DNA of 25,754 nucleotides from Candidatus Rokuibacteriota bacterium (GCA_044866005.1 JBIOTN010000111.1:1-25754); one strand, 5' to 3'. Positions 16,650 through 23,885 are shown, counted from the stretch's first letter. Made by a program: numbers and translations. Notes: a model not told the origin generated them from the sequence alone.

Positions 16650-17567
16650 ACGAACCTCCACCATCTCCGGATCTTCCACACGCTCGCCACCACCGGCTCC
16701 TTCACCGGCGCGGCGCGGCGGCTCGGCATCAGCCAGCCCGCGGTCACCATCCAGGTGCGCGAGCTCGAGGCGGCGTCCGGCGTGCGGCTCATCGAGCGGC
16801 GGGCTCGGCGGCTCCACCTCACCGACGCCGGGCGCGCGCTCTTCCGCGTGAGCGAGAAGCTCTTCGCCCTGGTGGACGAGGCCGAAGGGGTCCTGGCCGA
16901 GGCCGGGGGGGCCGTCACCGGCAGCCTGCGCATCGCGGCGAGCGGCACCGCGGGCGCCTATCACTTGCCGGCGCTCCTGACGCGCTTTCGGAAGCGCCAC
17001 CCGGAGGTCCGGGTCGCGCTGGAGATCTCGAACTCCCGGCGGGTGCTCGAGCAGGTGGAGCGGTTCGAAGCCGAGCTCGGCGTCCTCGGGGTGACCGACG
17101 GGAGCCTGCCCTTCGCCGCCGCCGACGGGGCGCGGCTCGTCATCCACCCCTTCGTCCGCGAGCCGCTCGTCCTGGCGGTCGGCCCAAGGCACCCCTGGCG
17201 GCGGACGCGCGCGGTCGCGATCGAGGACCTCGGCGGACAGCCGCTCATCGTGCGCGAGCCCGGCTCGGCCACGCGGCGGATCCTCGAGGCGCGCCTGGAG
17301 GCCGCCGGCGTCGCGCCGCGGATCGTGATGGAGCTCGGCTCGAACGAGGCGATCAAGCAGGCGGTGGAGGCGGGCGTCGGCGTGGCGCTGGTGGGCGCGC
17401 GGGTGATCGCCCGCGAGGCCGCCGACGGCCGCCTCGCGGCGGTGCACGTCCGCGGCGAGGCCATGGCGCTCCGCTTCGTGCTCGTCCACCACCGGGATCG
17501 CGTGCGCGCCCCCGTGTTGCGAGCGTTCCTCGCCCTGGCGGGGGCGCGGCGACGCCGCCGACCCTGA
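16650..17567 (+). CDS. LysR-family transcriptional regulator (start codon ACG or disrupted)
   Basis: The frame reads (ACG)NLHHLRIFHTLATTGSFTGAARRLGISQPAVTIQVRELE, a complete LysR HTH, followed by a substrate-binding domain with REPGSATR and SNEAIKQAVEAGVG. There is no in-frame ATG/GTG/TTG between TAA 16611 and GTG 16755. Confidence 0.85.
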   Translation, partial: TNLHHLRIFHTLATTGSFTGAARRLGISQPAVTIQVRELEAASGVRLIERRARRLHLTDAGRALFRVSEKLFALVDEAEGVLAEAGGAVTGSLRIAASGTAGAYHLPALLTRFRKRHPEVRVALEISNSRRVLEQVERFEAELGVLGVTDGSLPFAAADGARLVIHPFVREPLVLAVGPRHPWRRTRAVAIEDLGGQPLIVREPGSATRRILEARLEAAGVAPRIVMELGSNEAIKQAVEAGVGVALVGARVIAREAADGRLAAVHVRGEAMALRFVLVHHRDRVRAPVLRAFLALAGARRRRRP

Positions 17568-18550
17568 AGCGCGGCCCCGTGCTCCGTGCCCTGGCGGCGG
17601 CGGCCGGCGTCGCGGTCATCGCGTGGCTCGTCTGGGAGGTGGGGCCGGCGAGCCTGGTCGCCGGAGCGCGCGAGCTTTCCTGGCGGCTCCCGATCCTCTT
17701 CCTGCCGTACGCCCTGGTCGCCTTCCTCGACGCCGCCGGCTGGCGCTACGCCTTTCCCGGCCGGCTTCCTCGCCTGTCCGTGCTCGTGGCCGCGCGCCTC
17801 GCCGGCGAGGCGGTCAACGTGACGACGCCGACCGCGACCCTGGGGGGCGAGCCGCTCAAGGCGTGGCTCGTCACGCGCGAGCGGATCCCGATCGAGGAAG
17901 GCCTCGTGTCGGTCGTCGTCGCGAAGACGGCCCTGGTGGTCTCCCACATCGCCTTCCTGGTGGTGGGGCTGGTCCTGGCCTTCGGGCGCGCGCAGCGCTC
18001 TCCCGCCGTGTTGACGTTCATGGTGATCCTGACGGGCATCGGGGTCGCCGCGGTCGGCGGGTTCATCTGGGCGCAGCAGCACGGGCTGTTCGGCGCCAGC
18101 GGCCGCGCCCTCGGCTGGCTCGGAATCGGGCGAAGCCTCACCGGTCACCTGCGCCGACTCGACGAGCACCTCGCCGTCTTCTACCGCCGGCGCCGGGACC
18201 GCCTCGCCCTCTCCCTGCTCTTCCACTTCCTGGGCTGGCTGGCGGGGAGCCTCGAAGTGTGGCTCGCCCTCCGCCTCCTCGGGGTGCCCGTCGACCTCGC
18301 GACCGCGATCGTCATCGAGGCCCTCGCCAGCGCGATCCGCTCCGCGACCTTCCTGATCCCGGCCTCGCTCGGCATCCAGGAGGGCGGCTTCGTGGGGATC
18401 TTCGTCGGCTTCGGGCTGGGCGCGGGCACGGGCCTGGCCTTCGGGCTCGTGCGCCGCATGCGGGAGGCGCTGTGGGCGGTGCTGGGCTACGCCTTCCTGG
18501 TCGCCTGGCGGCCCGCGGCCGCCAGCGCGCCCCTCGACGGCCCGCGCTGA
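17564..18550 (+). CDS. Lysylphosphatidylglycerol-synthase TM / flippase-like membrane protein (HpnL-like family)
   Basis: About 8 TM helices; GWRY, RLAGEAVNVTTPTATLGGEPLKAWL, FLIPASLGIQEGG, VRRMRE. Start is CTG 17564 (overlapping the lysR TGA) or GTG 17579. Confidence 0.78.
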   Translation: MKRGPVLRALAAAAGVAVIAWLVWEVGPASLVAGARELSWRLPILFLPYALVAFLDAAGWRYAFPGRLPRLSVLVAARLAGEAVNVTTPTATLGGEPLKAWLVTRERIPIEEGLVSVVVAKTALVVSHIAFLVVGLVLAFGRAQRSPAVLTFMVILTGIGVAAVGGFIWAQQHGLFGASGRALGWLGIGRSLTGHLRRLDEHLAVFYRRRRDRLALSLLFHFLGWLAGSLEVWLALRLLGVPVDLATAIVIEALASAIRSATFLIPASLGIQEGGFVGIFVGFGLGAGTGLAFGLVRRMREALWAVLGYAFLVAWRPAAASAPLDGPR

Positions 18551-19263
18551 ACCACCTCCGCGCGCCATCGCGCGGCGTGGAGCGTCCGCCCCGTGATCTT
18601 CCGCGAGGCGTCCGAGGCGAGATAGACGAAGACCCCCGTGACCCGCTCCGGCTTGGCCCCCTTGAAGGCCGTCATCTGGGTCGCCACGAGCCCGGGATCG
18701 ACCGCGTTGACGCGGACGCCGGTGCGCCTGGTCTCTTCCGCCAGGACGCGGGTGAGTCCCTCCAGCCCGAACTTGCTCGCGGTGTACGCGCCGTAGTTCG
18801 GGTACGCCACCGAGCCGCAGATCGAGCTCACGTTGATGATGGAGCCCTGACGCCGGTCGAGGAGGTGCGGCAGCACCGCGCGCATGCAGAGGTAGGGGCC
18901 ACGAAGGTTCACGGCGAGAGTCCGGTCCCAGTCCTCCGGGGCGAGGTCCCACGTGGGGACCTCGCGATGGGCGACGCCGGCGTTGTTGACCAGGACGTCG
19001 ATGCGGCTGAAGGTCTTCAGCGTCGAGCGGACGAGCCGATCCACCTGGGCGGCGTCCGCGACGTCCACCGAGACCGCGTGCACGGTCGCGCCGAGGGCGC
19101 GCGCGGCGTTGGCCGTGCCGACCAGCTCGCGATCGGTCCGGCTTCCCAGGACGAGATCGGCGCCTTCGCGCGCGCAGGCCATCGCGACCGCGGCGCCGAG
19201 GCCTCGCCCCCCGCCCGTGATCATGACGACCTTGCCCGCCAGCACGCCCTCACGGTCCGCCAT
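18487..19263 (-). CDS. Short-chain dehydrogenase/reductase (classical SDR)
   Basis: TGGGRGLG, DVLVNNAG, IINVSS, YTASK, VNAVDPG; start ATG 19263. Confidence 0.9.
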   Translation of the reverse strand: MADREGVLAGKVVMITGGGRGLGAAVAMACAREGADLVLGSRTDRELVGTANAARALGATVHAVSVDVADAAQVDRLVRSTLKTFSRIDVLVNNAGVAHREVPTWDLAPEDWDRTLAVNLRGPYLCMRAVLPHLLDRRQGSIINVSSICGSVAYPNYGAYTASKFGLEGLTRVLAEETRRTGVRVNAVDPGLVATQMTAFKGAKPERVTGVFVYLASDASRKITGRTLHAARWRAEVVQRGPSRGALAAAGRQATRKA

Positions 19264-19272
19264 GGCCACGTT

Positions 19273-19302
19273 AGAATAGGAAGGGCGACGGCGAGCTGTC
19301 AA
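19273..19302 (-). promoter_or_regulatory. Sigma70-type promoter for the SDR: TTGACA-N18-TATTCT
   Basis: Perfect -35 at 19302-19297 and -10 at 19278-19273, ending 9 nt before ATG 19263, implying a very short leader. Confidence 0.6.
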
Positions 19303-19354
19303 TCGCGTTGGCCGCGCGCCGTCGGCGCCGACGGACAGGAAAGGGGTCCCGGGC

Positions 19355-19579
19355 ATGGCCAAGCTCGCCCTGCTGGTCTCGCTGGTCGCGCTCGTCATCG
19401 CCATCCTCGCCTATCAGCAGGCGGGCGGCGCCCGCGCGCTGCAGGACAACGTCCAGTCCCTCCAGAGCGCGCTCGACGCCGCGCGGCGGGAGACGGCCGA
19501 CGCCTTCGCGCGGATGGAACGAGCGCTCCGCTCCTCCGGGACACCGGGAAGCAAGCCCGGCGAGGCGCCCACACGGTGA
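19355..19579 (+). CDS. Small membrane-anchored coiled-coil protein (74 aa)
   Basis: N-terminal TM/signal, then LQDNVQSLQSALDAARRETADAFARMERAL; purine-rich SD; its TGA overlaps the next GTG. Confidence 0.7.
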   Translation: MAKLALLVSLVALVIAILAYQQAGGARALQDNVQSLQSALDAARRETADAFARMERALRSSGTPGSKPGEAPTR

Positions 19580-20739
19580 GGCCGTCGCCCCGCGCGACGC
19601 GCGCCTGTCCCCGGCGCGCCCTCCGGGCCCTGCTCGCCGCCCTCGCCCTCGCCCTGCTCGGCCGCGCCGCCGTCGCGGCAGCGCCGCCCGCCATCGGGCT
19701 CGAGCCAACCGTGACGAAGGGGCTCCAGACCCCGCTCTACCTCACCCACGCCGGGGACGGGAGCGGCCGCCTCTTCGTGCTGGAGCAGCCCGGCCGCATC
19801 CGGATCGTCCGGGACGGCCGCCTCGTCGAGACGCCCTTCCTCGACATCACCCGGCGCGTGCGCTCCGGCGGCGAGCAAGGCCTGCTCGGCCTCGCCTTCC
19901 ACCCCCAGTACCCGTCGAATCGCCGCTATTTCGTCAACTACACGCGCCGGGAGGACGGCGCCACGGTGGTGGCCGAGTATCACGCGTCGACCGACGCCAA
20001 CGTCTCCGGAACGGAGGAGCGCGTCCTGCTCGTGGTCTCCCAGCCCTATTCCAATCACAACGGTGGCATGGTCGCGTTCGGCCCGGACGGTCACCTCTAC
20101 GTGGGCCTCGGGGACGGCGGCTCGGCGGGCGATCCCGGCAACCGCGCTCAGAACCGCCAGGAGCTGCTCGGGAAGATCCTCCGGCTCGACGTCGACCACG
20201 CGCCCGCGGGCGCGGCCTACGGGATTCCGCGGGACAACCCGTTTGCCGGCGGCGGGGGGCGGCCGGAGATCTTCGCCCTCGGGCTCCGGAACCCCTGGCG
20301 CTTCGCCTTCGACCGGGCGACGGGGAACCTGTGGGTGGGGGACGTGGGCCAGAACGACTGGGAGGAGATCGACGTGGTCAAGGCCGGCGGCAACTACGGC
20401 TGGCGGATCATGGAGGGGGCGCACTGCTTCCGGCCACGAGCGGGCTGTCCGACCGAGGGGCTCGTCCCGCCGGTCGCCGAGTACCGGACGGCGGGGGCGC
20501 GCTGCACGGTCATCGGCGGGTACGTCTATCGCGGTCGCCGCATCCCCGCGCTCGTGGGCACGTACCTCTTCGGCGACTACTGTAGCGGCGAGGTCTTCGC
20601 CCTGGTCGACGGCGCACCCCGCGTGCTGCTCTCCACGGGGCTGCGCCTGTCGTCCTTTGGCGAGGACGAGGCGGGCGAGGTCTACGTCGTGGACCTCGGC
20701 GGCACCGTGCACCGCATCGCGGCCGCGCCAGGCTCCTGA
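19576..20739 (+). CDS. PQQ-dependent glucose/sorbosone dehydrogenase family protein (secreted beta-propeller)
   Basis: Signal peptide; EQGLLGLAFHP, NHNGG, LGDGGSAGDP, GLRNPWRF, GDVGQNDWEEID, GGNYGW, SSFGEDEAGE. Confidence 0.9.
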   Translation: MRPSPRATRACPRRALRALLAALALALLGRAAVAAAPPAIGLEPTVTKGLQTPLYLTHAGDGSGRLFVLEQPGRIRIVRDGRLVETPFLDITRRVRSGGEQGLLGLAFHPQYPSNRRYFVNYTRREDGATVVAEYHASTDANVSGTEERVLLVVSQPYSNHNGGMVAFGPDGHLYVGLGDGGSAGDPGNRAQNRQELLGKILRLDVDHAPAGAAYGIPRDNPFAGGGGRPEIFALGLRNPWRFAFDRATGNLWVGDVGQNDWEEIDVVKAGGNYGWRIMEGAHCFRPRAGCPTEGLVPPVAEYRTAGARCTVIGGYVYRGRRIPALVGTYLFGDYCSGEVFALVDGAPRVLLSTGLRLSSFGEDEAGEVYVVDLGGTVHRIAAAPGS

Positions 20740-20747
20740 GGAGCGGC

Positions 20748-21140
20748 ATGCCGCGCCTCGGCGCCCCGCTGCTCCTCGCGACGCTCGTCGCCCTCGCCGC
20801 GCCGACGTGCCTCCTGGCCCAGGGCGCGCCGATCCGCGGGCTCGGTACGCCCCCCCCGCCACCGGGGCCGGCCCAGGCGCCGGTCACCACGCCCGGGGTC
20901 CAGCCCGACCGGTCCTTCCTGGCGCTGCCGCCCGCCTATCCCCGACCGCGGGCGAGCTTCGTGCCGATCCGGGCCGGGGGCTCGCCGCCGACCCACGTGC
21001 CGGCCCCCACGCCGGCCACGCCCGATCCGGTCTGGGTCCCCGAGCGGCTCGACGTCGTCACCGGCATCGATGCGACCGGCCGGGTCACCCACGCCCTCGA
21101 GCGCGTGCCCGGCCGGTTCGAGAACCCGTCCCCGCCCTGA
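20748..21140 (+). CDS. Secreted proline-rich hypothetical protein
   Basis: GAGGAG SD, signal peptide, Pro-rich body, C-terminal VWVPER...VPGRFE. Confidence 0.6.
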   Translation: MPRLGAPLLLATLVALAAPTCLLAQGAPIRGLGTPPPPPGPAQAPVTTPGVQPDRSFLALPPAYPRPRASFVPIRAGGSPPTHVPAPTPATPDPVWVPERLDVVTGIDATGRVTHALERVPGRFENPSPP

Positions 21141-21144
21141 CCGG

Positions 21145-21369
21145 TCAGAGCAGATAGCGCCGCCACGGCCGATGGCGCGGCGGCGGCGCGATCCCGCGCC
21201 GCTGGAACTCCGCGCACACGGCGTTGCCCTCGGGGCCGCCCATCGCCTGGCGGACCGCCTCTTCCGCCGTGAGCGAGCGGTCGCCACGGTCGGTCAACCG
21301 GTAGGAGAGCTCGATCACCCCCGCCACCGCAGCCAGGACTCCTCCCAAGCCGACGATCTCGGCGAGCAT
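21145..21369 (-). CDS. Small membrane-anchored hypothetical protein (74 aa)
   Basis: ATG 21369 with GAGGGGG SD; MLAEIVGLGGVLAAVAGVIELSY N-terminal helix; starts 11 nt after the stop of the previous gene. Confidence 0.6.
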   Translation of the reverse strand: MLAEIVGLGGVLAAVAGVIELSYRLTDRGDRSLTAEEAVRQAMGGPEGNAVCAEFQRRGIAPPPRHRPWRRYLL

Positions 21370-21380
21370 GGCGGACCCCC

Positions 21381-21770
21381 TCACGCGGCCCGCACGCGTG
21401 GCATCGCCGCGCGCGGGGGCTGTCGGTGATGGAGCGGCTCCTCCTGGGGCGTGAGCACGATCCGGTAGCGGCCGGCGCTCATCCGCTCTGCGAAGGCGAA
21501 GACCCGGTGCGCGATGGAGAGGACCTGGCCGATCGTCGTCGGCCGCGCGAACGGCACCGCGATCCGGACCTCCCAGGGCCCCCAGAGCGGTTTCCTCACG
21601 ACCGGGGCGACGATGGCACCGAGCTCTGCCGCGATGGCGTCGGTGAGCACGATCTGGCGCGCGATGGCCGCCCGGCGCCGCCGCGCCGACCACTCCGCCA
21701 GCTCGAGCAGGGCGACCACGGCGACGATGGGGAGGACCGTGAGGACGAAGACGGCGACTGTCGTCAGCAT
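21381..21770 (-). CDS. Membrane-anchored hypothetical protein (129 aa)
   Basis: Strong SD GAAGGAGG, N-terminal TM, small alpha/beta soluble domain; preceded by the ECF-type promoter motif. Confidence 0.75.
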   Translation of the reverse strand: MLTTVAVFVLTVLPIVAVVALLELAEWSARRRRAAIARQIVLTDAIAAELGAIVAPVVRKPLWGPWEVRIAVPFARPTTIGQVLSIAHRVFAFAERMSAGRYRIVLTPQEEPLHHRQPPRAAMPRVRAA

Positions 21771-21790
21771 GTTCGACCTCCTTCACCCGT

Positions 21791-21820
21791 TGAGACCCCG
21801 GAGAGAGGCCCCCGTGAAAC
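21791..21820 (-). promoter_or_regulatory. Putative ECF sigma promoter, copy A: GTTTCAC-N13-CGGGGTCTCA
   Basis: Both boxes are near-identical to 23498-23527 with identical spacing; 20 nt upstream of ATG 21770. Confidence 0.75.
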
Positions 21821-21881
21821 TCTCGGCAGAAGGGGCCGCAGGCCGCTGGACCATGCCGAGCGCGGTGCCGAAGCGCTTCGA

Positions 21882-21942
21882 GCGCCGGCTTCGCCGGCGC
21901 AACCTGGGGGGCGGCTCGGAGGGGGGCGTAGGCCCCCTTCGA
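21882..21942. repeat. Composite hairpin intergenic element (REP-like), copy 2
   Basis: GCGCCGGC-TTC-GCCGGCGC (21882-21900) and TCGGAGGGGGGC-GTA-GGCCCCCTTCGA (21916-21942); same order and orientation as 4814-4863. Confidence 0.6.
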
Positions 21943-21947
21943 AGAGA

Positions 21948-22913
21948 CTAGCGGGGGAGCGGATGGAGGTCCGGGCGGCAGGTCGTGCAGGGCGCCAGGC
22001 CCGTGGCCTCGGCTCGCTCGCGCGAGCCGAACAGGAGCCCGCCGCGCGGGAACGGGTCGACCGAGGGGCAGGTCGGCAGGCAGTACTCCGACTCGCCGGG
22101 CGCCAGCACGTACATCGCCTCGCGGACGATCCGGTGGTCGCGTCGCTCCCGCGCCATGGGCACGCCTTCCACCTGGAGGAGCCGCTGCTTGCGACTCGTC
22201 CCGCCGCCCGCGTAGCCGGTGAGGAGCCCCGACGTGCCGACGACGCGATGGCACGGGATCACGATGGGGAGCGGATTCCAGCGGAGCGCCTGGGCCGCCG
22301 CCCGCACCGCGCTCGGTCGGCCGATGTCCCGCGCCAGTCCCGCGTACGAGACGACCGCGCCGTAGGGGATGGCGGCCGTGGCCTGCAGCACATCGCGGTG
22401 GAACTCGCTCCGCACCAGTCGCAGGTCGAGGGGCCACGTGAGCCGCGTGCGGCGGCCCTCGAGGTACTCGCGCAGCTCACGGTAGAGCGTCTGGAGCTCT
22501 CCGCCGTCCTCGACCGGCTCGAGGCCGGCGACGCGCCGGAGCCGCGAGGCCCGCACGCCGGCCGGGCGGTCGAGGTACTCGAGGAGCAGGACGCCCTGCT
22601 CCGAGCGGGCGATCAGGATCGGCCCGACGGGCGACGGGAAGACCCGGTAGGCCACGAGGCGGCTCCGCAGGTCCGACAGTCGCGACTCGAGCCGGTCCCG
22701 CGCCAGCGCGATGTGGGGCTCGGTGGCGAGATGGCTCCGCATGGCCGCCACCTCGTCCTCGATCACCCGGTAGCGGTCGAACGCGTCGCGGCAGGGCGTG
22801 CACCGGTCGACATGCGCGTGCACGCGACGGGCCGCGGCCGGCTCGGCTTCCCCGGTGGCCGCGGCCACCAGGTCGGGCTCGATCTCGACACATCCGGAGG
22901 GCCTGGCACTCAC
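21948..22913 (-). CDS. Fusion protein: zf-HC2 anti-sigma finger + O6-alkylguanine-DNA methyltransferase (Ogt) + C-terminal Ada-type Cys4 metal-binding domain
   Basis: H34xxxC38xxC41 (HVDRCTPC); SPVGPI, IPYGAVVSY, RAAAQAL, NPLPIVIPCHRVV (C221), GYAGG; C278-x3-C282-x26-C309-x2-C312. Its GTG overlaps the sigma TGA; GGAGAAGGAG SD. Confidence 0.9.
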   Translation of the reverse strand: MSARPSGCVEIEPDLVAAATGEAEPAAARRVHAHVDRCTPCRDAFDRYRVIEDEVAAMRSHLATEPHIALARDRLESRLSDLRSRLVAYRVFPSPVGPILIARSEQGVLLLEYLDRPAGVRASRLRRVAGLEPVEDGGELQTLYRELREYLEGRRTRLTWPLDLRLVRSEFHRDVLQATAAIPYGAVVSYAGLARDIGRPSAVRAAAQALRWNPLPIVIPCHRVVGTSGLLTGYAGGGTSRKQRLLQVEGVPMARERRDHRIVREAMYVLAPGESEYCLPTCPSVDPFPRGGLLFGSRERAEATGLAPCTTCRPDLHPLPR

Positions 22914-23494
22914 CGCTCTGACTCCTTCTCCAGCCCGGGGCGACCGGCCGCCGGCCGCCGACCGGAGCGATCGCGACCAGGCGGAAGTAGCTCGTGCCCG
23001 TCGAGCGCCTGCCGGATCTTCCGCAGCGCCTGGAACACGTGGGCCCGCGCGCTCTCGGCCGAGCAGTGGAGGCTCCGCCCGATGGCGTCGTAGTCGAGCC
23101 CGTGGATCTTCCGTTGCAGGAACGCGAGCCGTTGCTTGACCGGCAGGCGCCCCACGATCGCCTCGACGACGGCGCCGACCTCGCGGGAGAACGTCTCCCC
23201 GTCGGGCCCGGCGCCGTCGGTCTGGGTCACCGTCGCGCTGACCGCGGCGTACGCGAGGCGGCGGCGTTTCTGAGCCCGATAGTGGTTGCGGGAGAGGTTC
23301 GTCGCGATGGTGAAGAGCCAGGCCCGGGTGTTGGCGTCCTTCGGCAGCCCGCGATAGGCGCGATAGGCGCGGAGGAAGGTCTCCTGCGACAGGTCGTCGG
23401 CGTCGCTCGTCCGACCGGTCGCGCGCAAGAGATACCGGTAGATCTCACCGTGATGGGTCGCCACCATAGCCTCGAAGGCTGCCTCGTCCACCAC
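22910..23494 (-). CDS. ECF-family RNA polymerase sigma factor
   Basis: Region 2: DADDLSQETFLRAY...RAWLFTIATN. Region 4: LPVKQRLAF...GLDYDAIGRSLHCSAESARAHVFQALRKIR. No region 3. Confidence 0.92.
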   Translation of the reverse strand: MVDEAAFEAMVATHHGEIYRYLLRATGRTSDADDLSQETFLRAYRAYRGLPKDANTRAWLFTIATNLSRNHYRAQKRRRLAYAAVSATVTQTDGAGPDGETFSREVGAVVEAIVGRLPVKQRLAFLQRKIHGLDYDAIGRSLHCSAESARAHVFQALRKIRQALDGHELLPPGRDRSGRRPAAGRPGLEKESER

Positions 23495-23497
23495 CTA

Positions 23498-23527
23498 TGA
23501 AACCCCGTCGTGCGCTGGCCGTGAAAC
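23498..23527 (-). promoter_or_regulatory. Putative ECF sigma autoregulatory promoter, copy B: GTTTCAC-N13-CGGGGTTTCA
   Basis: Ends 3 nt before the sigma GTG 23494, with no room for an SD, suggesting a leaderless mRNA. Confidence 0.75.
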
Positions 23528-23644
23528 GGCCGGTGGTCACGATCCCAGCGGAAGCGCGCGACCCCGGCCGACCGCGCTCCCACGGCGCCCCCCTGGCCGG
23601 CGCGCCGTCCAACAGCACCAGCCGCGCCAAGCTCCGTCAGTAGA

Positions 23645-23674
23645 TTAGACACCGGCCGACCCATGGTGTGAAAG
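23645..23674 (-). promoter_or_regulatory. Putative ECF sigma promoter, copy C: CTTTCAC-N13-CGGTGTCTAA
   Basis: Same spacing and orientation as copies A and B; about 150 nt upstream of the sigma start. Confidence 0.6.
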
Positions 23675-23778
23675 CCGCCGGCCCGGGCCGCGGCGGTCCG
23701 GGCGGTCTAAGCGAATCCCCGGTGCGGCCAGCGGCCTGCCGTGACGCGTCGCCGGCGCCGGGCCGGCGACGAGAATTC

Positions 23779-23807
23779 TTGACGTGCCGCGCGGGCCGGC
23801 ATAGCGT
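23779..23807 (+). promoter_or_regulatory. Sigma70-type promoter for the protease: TTGACG-N17-TAGCGT
   Basis: Canonical spacing, 78 nt upstream of ATG 23886; a perfect 10-bp inverted repeat (23747-23771) lies just upstream. Confidence 0.5.
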
Positions 23808-23885
23808 GCTGGCACCCTCAGGCGCGCAGAGGGCTCCAGAGGCTGTCAGGCGGCGGGGGTCACACGACCCGGGGAGGGCTCGGGC

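Noticed and set aside
16601..20739. 649-aa and 1038-aa ORFs suggesting LysR-flippase or giant dehydrogenase fusions
   Set aside because: Their upstream parts are alternative frames of real genes, which is common at this GC content; only the 3' parts carry family motifs.
23445..23630. 61-aa TTG-started ORF downstream of promoter copy C
   Set aside because: The SD is too close to the start, it overlaps the sigma start out of frame, and its composition is not protein-like.
23645..23710. TTAGAC...GTCTAA-bounded GC-rich stem with AAAGCCGCCGGCC, faintly like a c-di-GMP-I riboswitch
   Set aside because: The GGCAAAC/GAAA P2 architecture is missing, and the segment is better explained by ECF promoter copy C. 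An Rfam scan would settle it.
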